DNA of 64,000 nucleotides from Sarea resinae (lineage: Eukaryota): assembly GCA_026026165.1 (NCBI GenBank), contig JAPEUD010000024.1, positions 1 through 64,000 on the forward strand, in the 5' to 3' direction. Position numbers and translations under genes: made by a program. Positions 38,310-49,066 of the stretch are shown piece after piece. A model generated the notes under the pieces. It made no database searches. It had not been told where the DNA came from and was given only the letters and a program-made list of their open reading frames with translations. The number at the start of each line of letters is the position of its first letter. Position 1 is the first letter of the stretch.

Positions 38310-39430
38310 ACGGAAACCTGTCGATGAACATTTCGACGTCCTCTCCCGTTTCCCCGAGAAGGCGGGAATACTGAACGTCGTGTCCTCTGGGTCGGGAAGG
38401 ATATCCCCTCTTTCCTTTTGATGTTGATTGGGGCGATTCAAGGATGATTCTCTAGGGCTACTTAAGAATCACCCTTTGTCTAATACCGACGACGAGCAGC
38501 AGAAGCGGCAATAGAAGCGGCAGCAGAAGTCGAGACCGCTCGGACAAGACGACATTAATCTTGCGGGAAACCAAGACGCTACTGGATCAGTGATCGAGGC
38601 AACAAGCAGCAGCCAGAGACGCAAGCCCCGCAGCGCATCATGCGTGCTATCTTGCCGGGACCGACTGGAAAAGCGAGAGGCAACGACACAAATCAACATC
38701 TATTACAAGCCGAGTCGATGAGGAACAAAGTATTCAAGAAGGAGGTGGGTGACGGAGTCTTTTTCGCTGACGATCCTGGAAACCGTAACGACTAGAAAGA
38801 AGAGCGAGAGGCGATAACGCGGAAAGGAGCACTGACGAGCAGGACAAAGCGCTCGCTGGACACATAGCCTATACCACAGCTGTAGCTGGAGCACTGTTAT
38901 TCCTTCCTCGTGAGGCGGGCGTTACGGGTGTGAGTGTCACGATAGGTCTCGAGGACGCGTCATGGCTAGACGACGGAATAGGTTGGACGATAGAAACTCG
39001 ATCCATTCGTCTTCGACTGAGAGAGAGATATTTTTTCCGATGAACAGGACGTGTATGCGACTGTAGGAGAACACGAGGGGCGAGGCGTGCGGGCTGGTAG
39101 GGACAGAGAAGGAAGAGAGTCTGGAGGTCAGCATCAGACAGAATAGCAGCGCTGTGAGAGATAGAAACCCTAGCTGTCTACGTTATCCAAAGTAGGCATT
39201 TAGGAGGAATTCACTAGGTAGGTAGGGAGGCTTCTTATGAATCATAGGGTATTTAGTCGATAAGGGCATACCTAGGCGGGTCGGGGTTTTGTCTTGAAAT
39301 AGGCGGCAGCCCAAACAATGAGGCATGTTTGGAAGGCGATGGATGCAAGAGAGGTCAAGGACACAGACATTAGGGGCGACAAATAACAAACGAATCCGCT
39401 GCGTGGATGGAGTCTGTTCTACGTCGAATG
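38310..39430 (-). mobile_element. possible Ty3/Gypsy LTR-retrotransposon relic (5' region plus start of gag)
   Basis: Minus strand ~38445-38310 reads QSTSKGKGDILPDPEDTTFSIPAFSGKR/EDVEMFIDRF across a 1-nt frameshift, resembling the P.F.G...EDV..F gag motif. No pol remnant or paired LTR seen. Confidence 0.3.
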
Positions 39431-39933
39431 CGGACGACCTAGTAGTAGTAGTGTAGGCCAAGGACGATTTCCATGAAGAAACGTAAGAAACACCTTCACC
39501 GACGAGAGAAGAGTATGATTCAATCTTTCAATTCATTCTAGCCTCTCAGAGATACAAAAGCTATCCAGACCGAGTCAAGCGTGAGAGACATAAGGAGTAA
39601 GTGTGGAAAGTAGTAGTGGTAGAATGTATGTGACAAATGAAACACGATGATAAAAGGGGAAAACAAACTTTTTGATGATGACCGTGATAAGAAAAGCTAT
39701 GTTGTACAGAGGGAAAATAATGTGGAGATGTAGCTACCCATCGACTCTCGATCGAAATTGATGCACAGTTCGAGCCGTGGACGAGATAAGCTGGTTAAAC
39801 TGGGCCGAGTCAGGTGAAATTCGCCAAGTGCAGTCCCTATCCGCCTATCCATTTATCAGCCCTCATGTCGATCGATTTGCCTGACTCCCCAGCTGCACCC
39901 GTGATACATGACGCAGATGGCCGCGTAGTGCGC

Positions 39934-41624
39934 TTATTTGATCTCGAGCAACTTGATATCGAACGTAAGGGTCGAGTTCTTGGGGATACCGGGTAGCGAC
40001 TGGTTGCCATAGGCTAAGCTTGGGGGGATGATGAGACGGCGTTCACCACCGGCCGACATGCCCGCGACACCAATTTCCCATCCCTTGATGACTTCGCCCT
40101 TTCCGAGGTTGAAGGTGAACGGCTTGCCCTTCTTGTTTACTGTCGAGTCATCAGTATTGGTAAGAAGAGATACTATAAACAGAGAACATACCATCAAAGA
40201 CCTTGCCGTCTTGCGTCTTTCCATAATAGCGCATGCTGACCTTGTCTCCCGCCTTGGCCGCAGGGCCCTTGCCAGCCTTCTTGTCCTCAATCTTCACGCC
40301 CTGAACGGTTCGCACGCCACCAGCTTTAGGCTTCTCCGAAACCTGCGCAGGTTCAGCCTTGTCTTTCGAGGTCTTGGTCGGACCCTGTTCGAGATTCTTT
40401 GCGAATTTTACCTTCTTGTCACCCTTAGCGGTAGCGGGGCTGTCCTTTTTCTCTTCGGCGGACACAGCCTCCCCAGAGTTGTTCTTGAGCTTCTTGGCTT
40501 GCTTCTTGCTCAGCTTTTCCTCAGCCGCGGGTTTCTTGAGCGACTTGGACATGATGTCGTCGAGGTTAGCACCTTCGTCGGACTCCTCAGCCGCGCGCTT
40601 GTTCTTGCCCTTCTTGTCGGCCTTGACGAGCTTGGGCGCTTCCTCGTCGGTGTCCACTTCGGTGACACGCGGGTTCTCGAGGTCATCTAGCTCATCCTCG
40701 CTATCCTCTTCCCATTCATCGAGCTCGTCCTCATCTGGCGACAAATCATAATCCTCATCATCGTCAGAGTCGTAGACCTCGTGGCGGTGGTTGTGGCCGT
40801 CATCAGCTGGGACCACGTAGTTACCGGTAAGGTAGACAGCGTGCGTGCCAGTGACTTTGAAGAAGACGCGCTCGTCCTCGCCAATGGTCAGATCCAACGG
40901 TTGTTGGTAGTTCTACCAAAAAGTCAGCATGATCCCTTCATGCGATTGATTGCTATCATTACCTTGGTGGGGTCCAGAGTGCAGACGACAAACTCTTCAA
41001 TCTCGAGATCTTCGCTGTCAGCATCTTCGTCGTCATCACTGCTCTCCTCCTCTTCACCGGTCGCCTTGGCCTTGCCCTTCTTTGCTTTTGGCGCAGCACC
41101 TTCCTCGTCATCTTCATCGACGCTCATATCATCTTCTTCAGCCAAGGCCTTCTTCAATGCCTCAACAGCTGCTTCCTTGCGAGCCTTCTTCGACTTCGCA
41201 GGGTCGCTGGGGCCGCCGTTCTTCTCGTCATCATCGGAAGACTCGTCATCCTCGGAATCGGCACCGCTCAACAACTTGCTGAGGTAGTCATCCTCATCCG
41301 ATTCATCAGAGTCGTCGTCATCGTCCTCGGCACCAATGGGCTGACGAAGGATTTTCAAGGTCGCGCGGATGGGCGTGTCGCCGTTGATCGCAGCATCAGC
41401 CTGAGGGGCAGCGCTAGGATCGATAGCGGCCATGGTAATGCGAAGCTACCAATCTTCCAGTCAGCGCGGCCATGCATGCAAGTGAAGTCTTGCACGTGCT
41501 GCGACATCCAGAAGCCATGGATAGTTCAACTTACAGTCACTGGGAAGTCTTCAACCGCTGGGATGATAATGTCGCCAGCAGGGACTTCGAGCCCGTAAAC
41601 GGCAACGGGGAGTAGGCCAGACAT
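39934..41624 (-). CDS. fpr4: nucleolar FK506-binding protein Fpr4/Fpr3 (nucleoplasmin-like domain plus FKBP PPIase)
   Basis: [36 protein letters not shown]...[32 protein letters not shown]; acidic/Lys-rich linker; FKBP domain [11 protein letters not shown]...FD...[31 protein letters not shown]...[18 protein letters not shown]. Confidence 0.96.
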
Positions 41625-42055
41625 CTTGACTGGATTCAGGAAGATGATCTGGGGAGGAAGAGAAAGTGAAGAGAAGTAGATGGAGAGGGGAGTGAGGTAG
41701 GATGGAGATGGAGAAGAAGAAGAGGTGAGGAGCAGGAATTAAGTAACTAAGGTGCAGAGCTTCACCGACGACTTATCACTGCGATGTACGAGGACTCGCC
41801 TATTTTTTTCTGCCAGTCGGAGAAGCTTTTGCTTGAAACTTTTCCACTTTCGGTTTTTTTCAGTTGGCAGGGCATTTATCGATTTGATCAGCCGAGCTCG
41901 CCTACCATTGGCGTATTCACTTGTCCTAACAGCCCTGGAGCACGCTATCTGGGAGCTTGACCTTATTTTTGAGCCTCACGAAAATAGAAAATAGGAAATA
42001 CATTGGCCATAATCCTTCAGCTGCACCATCTTGGACACAGCCCAGACCCTTCGAC
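41625..42055. promoter_or_regulatory. bidirectional promoter shared by fpr4 and utp18
   Basis: 431 nt between head-to-head ATGs, with T-rich RRPE-like tracts (TGAAACTTTT ~41834, TATTTTTTTC, GGTTTTTTT). Confidence 0.6.
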
Positions 42056-44036
42056 ATGGCCCGTCAACGCTCCAAAAGAGCAGCACGAAAAGATGTCGCC
42101 GATCCTGAATCCGAGTCGCTGTCTGCGGATGAAGTCGAGAGAACCATGAGCGACGCCGAAAATGGTGAGCCGGCCGAAAAAGACGAAGTGGAATTGGAGC
42201 TAGAAAAGCTCGTCTTCGGAGATGAGGCCGGATTTCTTGAAGGGCTGAAGACGCATCCTTCGGGAGAGCTGGAGGATCTTTCTCAAGGTGGCAGCGAGGT
42301 AGAAGATCAAACAGATGAAGAAGCGGGAGGGCTGGAAGGTGTGGATGATGCCGACGTACGTTCATATTCCCACAATCTTTGCGTGGCCGCTGGAGACTGA
42401 GTATCAATTGCAGCTCTTCTTCCTAGATGCTGGCCCCTCAGCATCAACTCAAGATGCTCTAGTCCCCATTCCAACTTCCGATAGCGAGATTTCACAGCAA
42501 GGCGATGCACCGGCCTGGGAGGACAGTGATGATGAGCGCATGATGGTATCGCTAGTAGGAAATCCACGACTACGGAAACTCCGAGTGAGCGAGGCAGAAG
42601 ACCTTGTCAATGGTAAAGAATACACCAAAAGACTGCGACGACAGTGAGTATTCTAACACTTCCACCCAAAATTGTCGAGATCTTTCTCATCGCGTCCCTT
42701 CAGATTCGAACGGCTATATCCCGTCCCAGAATGGGCGAATCCTTCAGCAGCACGAAAGCCAGCCCGAAAGAAGCGTAGGACCAACTCCGAAGGCGCCAGC
42801 TCTTCAGGAGAAGAGAGCTCATCTGCGGACGAGATGGATGTGGAAGAGCAGCTATCAGCACAACCATTAGCTAAACTACTACGCAACGCCAACGATCTCA
42901 TCCGACAGCCCGAAGCCTCTCAAGGCAAACAAGGCAAGCTCCGTCCTGAGGTCATTGACATTCAACGGACCAAAGATGTTGGAGGCATACAGCCTGTAGG
43001 TTCCGTCGTCCGCTCACCCTAAGTTTCAAGCGCTAATCTCCTCTCGACACAGTCCGCAATCACCTCCCTCTCTTTCCACCCCTCCTACCCACTCCTTCTC
43101 TCCTCCGGCCCCGCATCAACCCTCTACCTCCATCACATCGCCCCCCACCCGCCGAATCCGAATCCCCTCCTTACTTCCCTTCACCTCCGTGCCACCCCTC
43201 TCTCCACTACCGCCTTCCTGCCCCCGACAGGCAATAAAATTTTCCTCTCCGGCCGCCGGCGTTACCTTCATACCTGGGACCTCCAAACCGGGCAGATTGG
43301 AAAGCTCACCCGCGTCTATGGCCACCAGGATACTCAAAAAACCTTTGAGCGCTTCAAACTGTCGCCCTGTGGCCGCTGGCTTGGTCTCGTATCGTCTGCC
43401 CGCAAAGGCGCAGGCTTGGTCAACATCCTCGACGCGAACACTCTACAGTGGATCGCGCAAGCGCGCGTCGAGGGCCGTGGCGGTCTCGCCGATTTTGCCT
43501 GGTGGTCTGACGGCCAGGGCCTCGTGCTCGTGAGCCACGCGGGGGACGTAGTCGAGTGGTCACTCGACGAGAGGCGGCTGGTAGGCCGGTGGCGCGATGA
43601 AGGCGCCGTGGGGACCACAGTGCTTGCTCTTGGCGGCAAGATCGCCGGCCCCAACGCTCTGGGTGGAGACCGATGGGTCGCCGTCGGCAGCTCGAGCGGC
43701 ATCGTCAACATCTACGACCGGCGCGCTTGGGTCTCTTCTTCCTCGGAGGTGTCCATCCCAGAGAACCCCAAGCCGACCCGCGCCCTCGACAATCTGACCA
43801 CTCCGATCAGCAACCTCGTTTTCTCTCCCGACGGCCAGATCCTCGCGCTTTCCTCCCGCTGGAAGCGCGACGCGCTCCGTCTGGTCCATCTGCCGAGCTG
43901 TACTGTCTACCGAAACTGGCCTACCAGCTCGACACCCTTGGGCCGCGTCACGGCTCTCGCCTTTTCCAACGTAGGTGGGTTATTGGCGGTGGCGAATGAG
44001 CAGGGCAAGATACGCTTGTGGGAGATTCGAGCTTAG
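42056..44036 (+). CDS. utp18: U3 snoRNP / SSU processome WD40 protein Utp18
   Basis: KDEVELELEKLVFGD; LFFLD; PAWEDSDDER...RLRKLR...EYTKRLRRQ|FERLYPVPEWA; KLRPEVIDIQR; SAITSLSFHP; LSGRRRY; AVGSSSGIVNIYD; DALRLVHLPSCTVYRNWPT...GKIRLWEIRA*. Three introns. Confidence 0.96.
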
Positions 44037-44114
44037 ATCTGCGATAAAAGCAACGGCGCGGTGATGGTTGCTGATGGGTGGCCTTGCGGAAGCCGTTGAT
44101 GATTCCCTAAGGCA

Positions 44115-44202
44115 TGAATGATGAGGCTAGGCTATGTATCCGTTCTTCATCGAAGCGAGCGCCGCATGGAAGTAGCACGGATGAGCGCTCGAACTCTGAT
44201 CA
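44115..44202 (+). ncRNA. candidate box C/D snoRNA with two 5.8S rRNA-complementary guides
   Basis: Box C ATGATGA 44118-44124, putative D' GCGA 44155-44158, C'-like GGATGA 44179-44184, box D CTGA 44196-44199, terminal TGA/TCA pairing. Guide CGTTCTTCATCGA (44141-44153) and guide GCGCTCGAAC (44185-44194) match conserved 5.8S segments recalled from memory. Confidence 0.5.
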
Positions 44203-45035
44203 AACGAAGCTATCTGGCCCCAGAGAGCCCCCCTATATCCCATACATGTCTATATCCCATGCCCCTCCATGCTTTCCTCATATGTGACGAGATCCAAAAA
44301 AGCCGAATCTACTCGTTGAGTCTTCCGTGAATGAATGTAACACCCTGGGCTACCTACCTACCTAGCAACGGTAATCCAAAACGAACCCTCTCCTTTCAAT
44401 CCCCGTTGTGTTAAACCAACCAGGCCAGGATACCTACTTATCTGACGAAATCTGCCGGGCGTTCATGGGAAAGTATGGGAAAGTGGGAATGAGCTCATGT
44501 GAATGCATCCGCTCGTGAGCACGACACCTACACAGCCGGAGACGTTGGACGAAAAAAGTTCCACAACTCGAAATCGAGGCTGGTGAGCGAGTGACACCCC
44601 GCTATCTCCCCCTCCCCCTCCCCCTACAAGCCCTGGAGAAAACCTAGAATATCAAGCGATCATACGGACGTCTATCTGAAAAAGAAGAAGAAGAGGAAGG
44701 GGATTGTCCATACGTTATGGTTTCAGGACGTAAATTGTCACCTCAATACATCGTAACAGATCAGTCATCCACAAGAAGTATTTGGTTTCCGCAGTAGATG
44801 TCGTTGCGTCTTGTTTTTTCTAGATAGATAGGCAGGATCATCGACCGTCTATATCGTCAAAAAATAGTGAAAATCAAAGAAAGCATGGCCCCCGAAAAAA
44901 AAAAAAAGGCGGGGGGGGGGGGGCACAACAAGACAGAAGAATTTTGTCTTCGGGAAAGTAAATGGCCGACTGGAAAAGATCCAGATCACACACAATACCT
45001 GTCCCTGCACCTCGAGCTTCGAATCGGGCCCTTGC

Positions 45036-46772
45036 TCAATCAATACCCTCGCTATGTCTCACACCAGCCATATTGCCCTCTTTGATCCGCTTGAGCGTTA
45101 ATGCCGCGATAAGTGCAGCGCCAACACCGCTACCATCCTCGGCGGCCCTCACGTCGATTAGGTCGCGCTTGCCCTTGGGCCAGTCTAGGATCTCGCGCAG
45201 GGCCTGAGCGCCGCGGGCCTTGAAGTGCGGGTACTTGTTGAAGACGGAGCCGTCGGCGCCGACGTGGCACGAGGTAATGTTCTTCTTCTTGCAGATGGCG
45301 GCGATGCCGCACGAGGAGAGACGCGCTGCGCGAGTACCGATGAGTTCGGCAAGGCGGCGGATAAGCTCGAGTTCGGGCTGTGTGGTAGAGAGGGAAAGAC
45401 GATTTTGAAAGAGGTCGGATGTTTCTGAAAGGTTCTCGAACGGGTCCCTGTACGCGATTGTGTTAGTCGACTTCTGCGTTGGAGAGACGGCCAAACACAG
45501 ATCTAGGGGCTTACTCTTCGATTAAAGAGAGGAAGGACGAGTCGAGGGTGTATGCCTTTCGGAGCTTGCTGATGTCCTGGCCCTCGAAGATGTGCACCTC
45601 CTTGTTGTCGTGGAGGTCGCAGAGGACCAGGCGGAAGATCTCGCCGAGATAGAGTCCCGCGATCATCTTCTCAAAGGCTTGTTGGCCTGGTCGCGGGGAG
45701 TCTCGGTCGACGATGATATCGTACTGGGTACGTGGGAGCACCTTGTGCTCATTATCAAACGCGCCCCATTCACAGTTGATGGCCATTGGCATATCCGCGG
45801 GAAGGTTCATGTGGGCCAATTTGGGTATCGAGCCGCAATTCTCCATGTACGCGGCGTTGCATCCAGTGCCGAAGATGCAGCCAATCTTCATTTGGTCATC
45901 GGTGTAGGCCGAGGCGATCAGAGTACCAGTTGTGTCATTGATCAAGGCAGAAAGTTTGATGGGTACACCCTTGAAAGATGTTAGAGAGGGAAATTATTGC
46001 ACAGAATTCCATCACTCACCCGCTTGGCTAACGCCTCCTCGAAAGGAACAACCACGTCCTTTCCTTCCACACCGTCAATGTCGAAACCTTTGGTCCATCT
46101 TTGCAGAATGCCGTGGTCGATGTACTCTTGTGTAGCTGGGAATGAGAAGGTGAAACCAAGATGGAGCTTCTCGAGCTTCTGGCCTTCGTGATGGTATTGA
46201 ATGAATTGCTGGAGACAGTCCGCAATGTACTCCCACAATTCCTCTGATGAGCCCGACTTGAGATCCTCTGGCATTCGGTATTTAGATTGGGTGATATCAA
46301 ACTCGCCCTTCTCTTCCGGGAGGTTGATCTCACAAACACGGAGGTTGGTGCCGCCCATGTCCAGAGCGAGAAATGTGCCGGTTTCGTATCCAGTTGGCAT
46401 GCTCATCACCCATGTAGGATTCATTGGCTGGATAAAGTTGGGTCAGCGATCTCCTGGGTCACATAGTCGGGACAGCTTACGATGCTCCCGCCCTCGACGC
46501 TCAGACCTGAGGACATGTTAGATTTCAGCCTTCACGATGCGATGCGACAGAAAGGTACCTTTCTCAAGCTCATGCACAAAGTGGTCGGAGATCTTCTTGA
46601 GGGTTGGCCCATCAACGGTGAAAAGTCGTTCGAGCTCCTGAATCTGTGCTAAAAGATCTTTTGGCACGTCGGCCATCGAACCTGTCTAATCGTGAGTCTC
46701 CATCCGCCATAAGTGTGAGCCAATGGACGTACCCTTCCGGGACGGTGGCTTTCTTGGTCCGAGTCCGACCAT
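45036..46772 (-). CDS. hxk: hexokinase (HxkA/Hxk2 type)
   Basis: MVGLGPRKPPSRKGSMADVPKDL; PMNPTWV; FLALDMGGTNLRV; LGFTFSFP...WTKGF; LINDTTGTLIAS; IFGTGCNAAY; INCEWGAFD; FEKMIAGLYLGE; GADGSVF...AEDGSGVGAA. Five introns. Confidence 0.98.
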
Positions 46773-49066
46773 TTTGAATTATATATCGCGACGCTTTAGG
46801 TAGTGAAGAGGCTCCTATGGATAGAGAGCAAGATATTTGGAATGGGCAGTCCGTCGCAAGGTTGGGATCCCACGGCTGACCAAGAGACGGCGGACGAGAG
46901 GATCCAAGGTACCGAACGATCGTGGGGAGTGGCTAAGTCTTTCAATCGAGAGTGTCAGTAGTTGTTCTGAGAGTCTGGAGCCTTGTCGCTGATGAGAAGC
47001 GTCCTGAGCAGCCAGTGGTTGTAGCAAGCAGCATCTGCGTCCCTGACACCGAGTCGAGGCTTTTGCTGTACGATTGCCCCACCACCACCCGAGCTGTGAC
47101 GATAAGGAACCCCACCATGACATGCACTCCCTCCGACCGATGGAGTGGAGAAGAGGCCAGGCTTACCGATTGCTCTTTTTATATGCGTCCAGGGAGAATG
47201 AACGCTCTTCGAAATGTCCGAGGAGAGAGAGTGAGTTCAGTTCCTACTGATGGAGGGACGCACGCTCGTCAATCTACCTGCTTACCTTGTGCTCGACGGA
47301 TCAGAATGAGTGGAACCCTGGGTTTCGTTCGGGCCCCTCGGACTCAGCCGTCACCGCCTGGCAGCTGGAGGCGCACCACCGTCACCTTTCTCTCACCTTC
47401 CAGGCTCTCGCCCATTGCGGCCATGGCATCGCTACCTGGCCGCTAAGCTGAGTCGGGTGAAGTTTGAGCACTTTGCGAACATCTATGGCCATCTTTGCAT
47501 GTCGGTCGAGGCCGGAATCGTGCCACGGATCCATTGATGCATCGATGCATTGATCCATTGATGCATTGATCCCCTCAGTTGGTGGACGACGATCTGATGC
47601 GCAGAATTGGGTTCTCATCATCTATGACTGCTCTCGTGATCCCCGTGCATCTGGCGTGCCCTACTACGAAGCGTGAAAGCGCCATGGGCGATCGCCTTGG
47701 TGCAGTACAAAGTGACAGTAATGGGATTTCCGATCGGGGCGAGATCCAATGCTTCAGGCAGTGCGAGTGGCAACCACGCTTATCTGCGATCGAGATAAGA
47801 GCCATCCGAGATCCTTCAAACCATCGCATCGCATCGCATCGCATCGTGAGACTCTACTGGGAGGGTCACGACCTTGGGCCAGCAGATGATCTACTACGTA
47901 CTCCGTAGTTTCTTTCTCGACACCAATCCCGGTAGCCAACACTACCCAATGCGATGCTCTCTTCCTCGCTACCTCATCCATCAGTTTTCACACATGTGGC
48001 TTGACCTCAGCCGATGTGAAACATGTCGCCATCGATGCTTTGCTCCGTCCTTAGACGAAACAACGGGGAGAAGGGGGAGACGGGGGAGACGGGGAGCGAG
48101 AGGCACGCGCCTCGCGAAACCACAGCCACCCGACCTCATCGATGAACTGGCGAGAAGCCAATGACGTCGGTGGGTTGCGGTCTGCAGGCCTGCGAGCGAG
48201 CGACTCAAGTGATGCTCTCAGTGCTGTGCTGTCCAGGCTGTCCAAGTGGCCAAGTGGCCGCCCCGTCCTGCTTGGGCAAGGGCGGCAAGGAGCCCTGGGG
48301 TACGCATTTTGGTGCAAGTTACAGCCACGCCAGCCATGTTCCCCCACGGCGCCTTCTTATTTCCCCATGTAGTAAGAGCCAAGGACGATGCACTCCCTGA
48401 TTGGATGCTCGTGTCGCGGCGGTGCCCGTGGACGCTGCCACTCCGTCGCACCGTGTCCGCACTGGGTTAGCGACGACCTTAATTTACCCTGGGGGCTGTT
48501 GACAGGAACAGGAAGGAAACGAGGGAAACGAGGGAAACAAGGGCAACAAGGGAATCGGCGCTTCACCACCACGCCAAGCGTGAAGCGTGGAAGATCAAGA
48601 TTCTGCTTCTCTTCGTCCTTTCTCGGCCTTGTCGTCTTCCTTACCTCGTCTGCCTTGAGTGCTTACTACCTACCTACTTGATCTCTTTAATGATAATACT
48701 ACTTTTCACGACTGATGAGACCGTGCGCTGCGATAAGTGAATATCGGTAGCAAACGAGCGATTCCTTTGCAGCCAAAGCTTCACTTCGGTTCCTGAAAGA
48801 GCATCTGTTTCCTCTTCGATCTGCATCTGCATCTGCATCCGAGCATCTGTGTGATTGCTGAGGGGGGCAGGACGAAATAACCACCATTAATACTATTCCA
48901 TTCGACACGAACCCGTGACTGAGAACCCCAACGCTCAACAACAGCAACGGGAGGAGAGGACCGGTGAGCGACGCCTGAGGAATTTCCTGGAACATTCCGA
49001 TCTACTTTTCGCATTGGGCTGGCCCATGCGCATCCTCCTTTCGTCGGCAACCCCGAATCCGCCAGG

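Noticed and set aside
40028..41287. Long + strand ORFs over fpr4 (and similar antisense ORFs over pol5, hxk, CSC1 and mep)
   Set aside because: Antisense shadows caused by codon bias of the real genes.
44141..44194. 5.8S rRNA pseudogene fragment
   Set aside because: The two complementary segments are in the wrong order and spacing for an inverted 5.8S copy, and the intervening sequence does not match.
44940..45038. Stop-codon readthrough producing a peroxisomal hexokinase
   Set aside because: The stop context is TGA GCA, not TGA CTA, and no PTS1-like end is evident in the extension.
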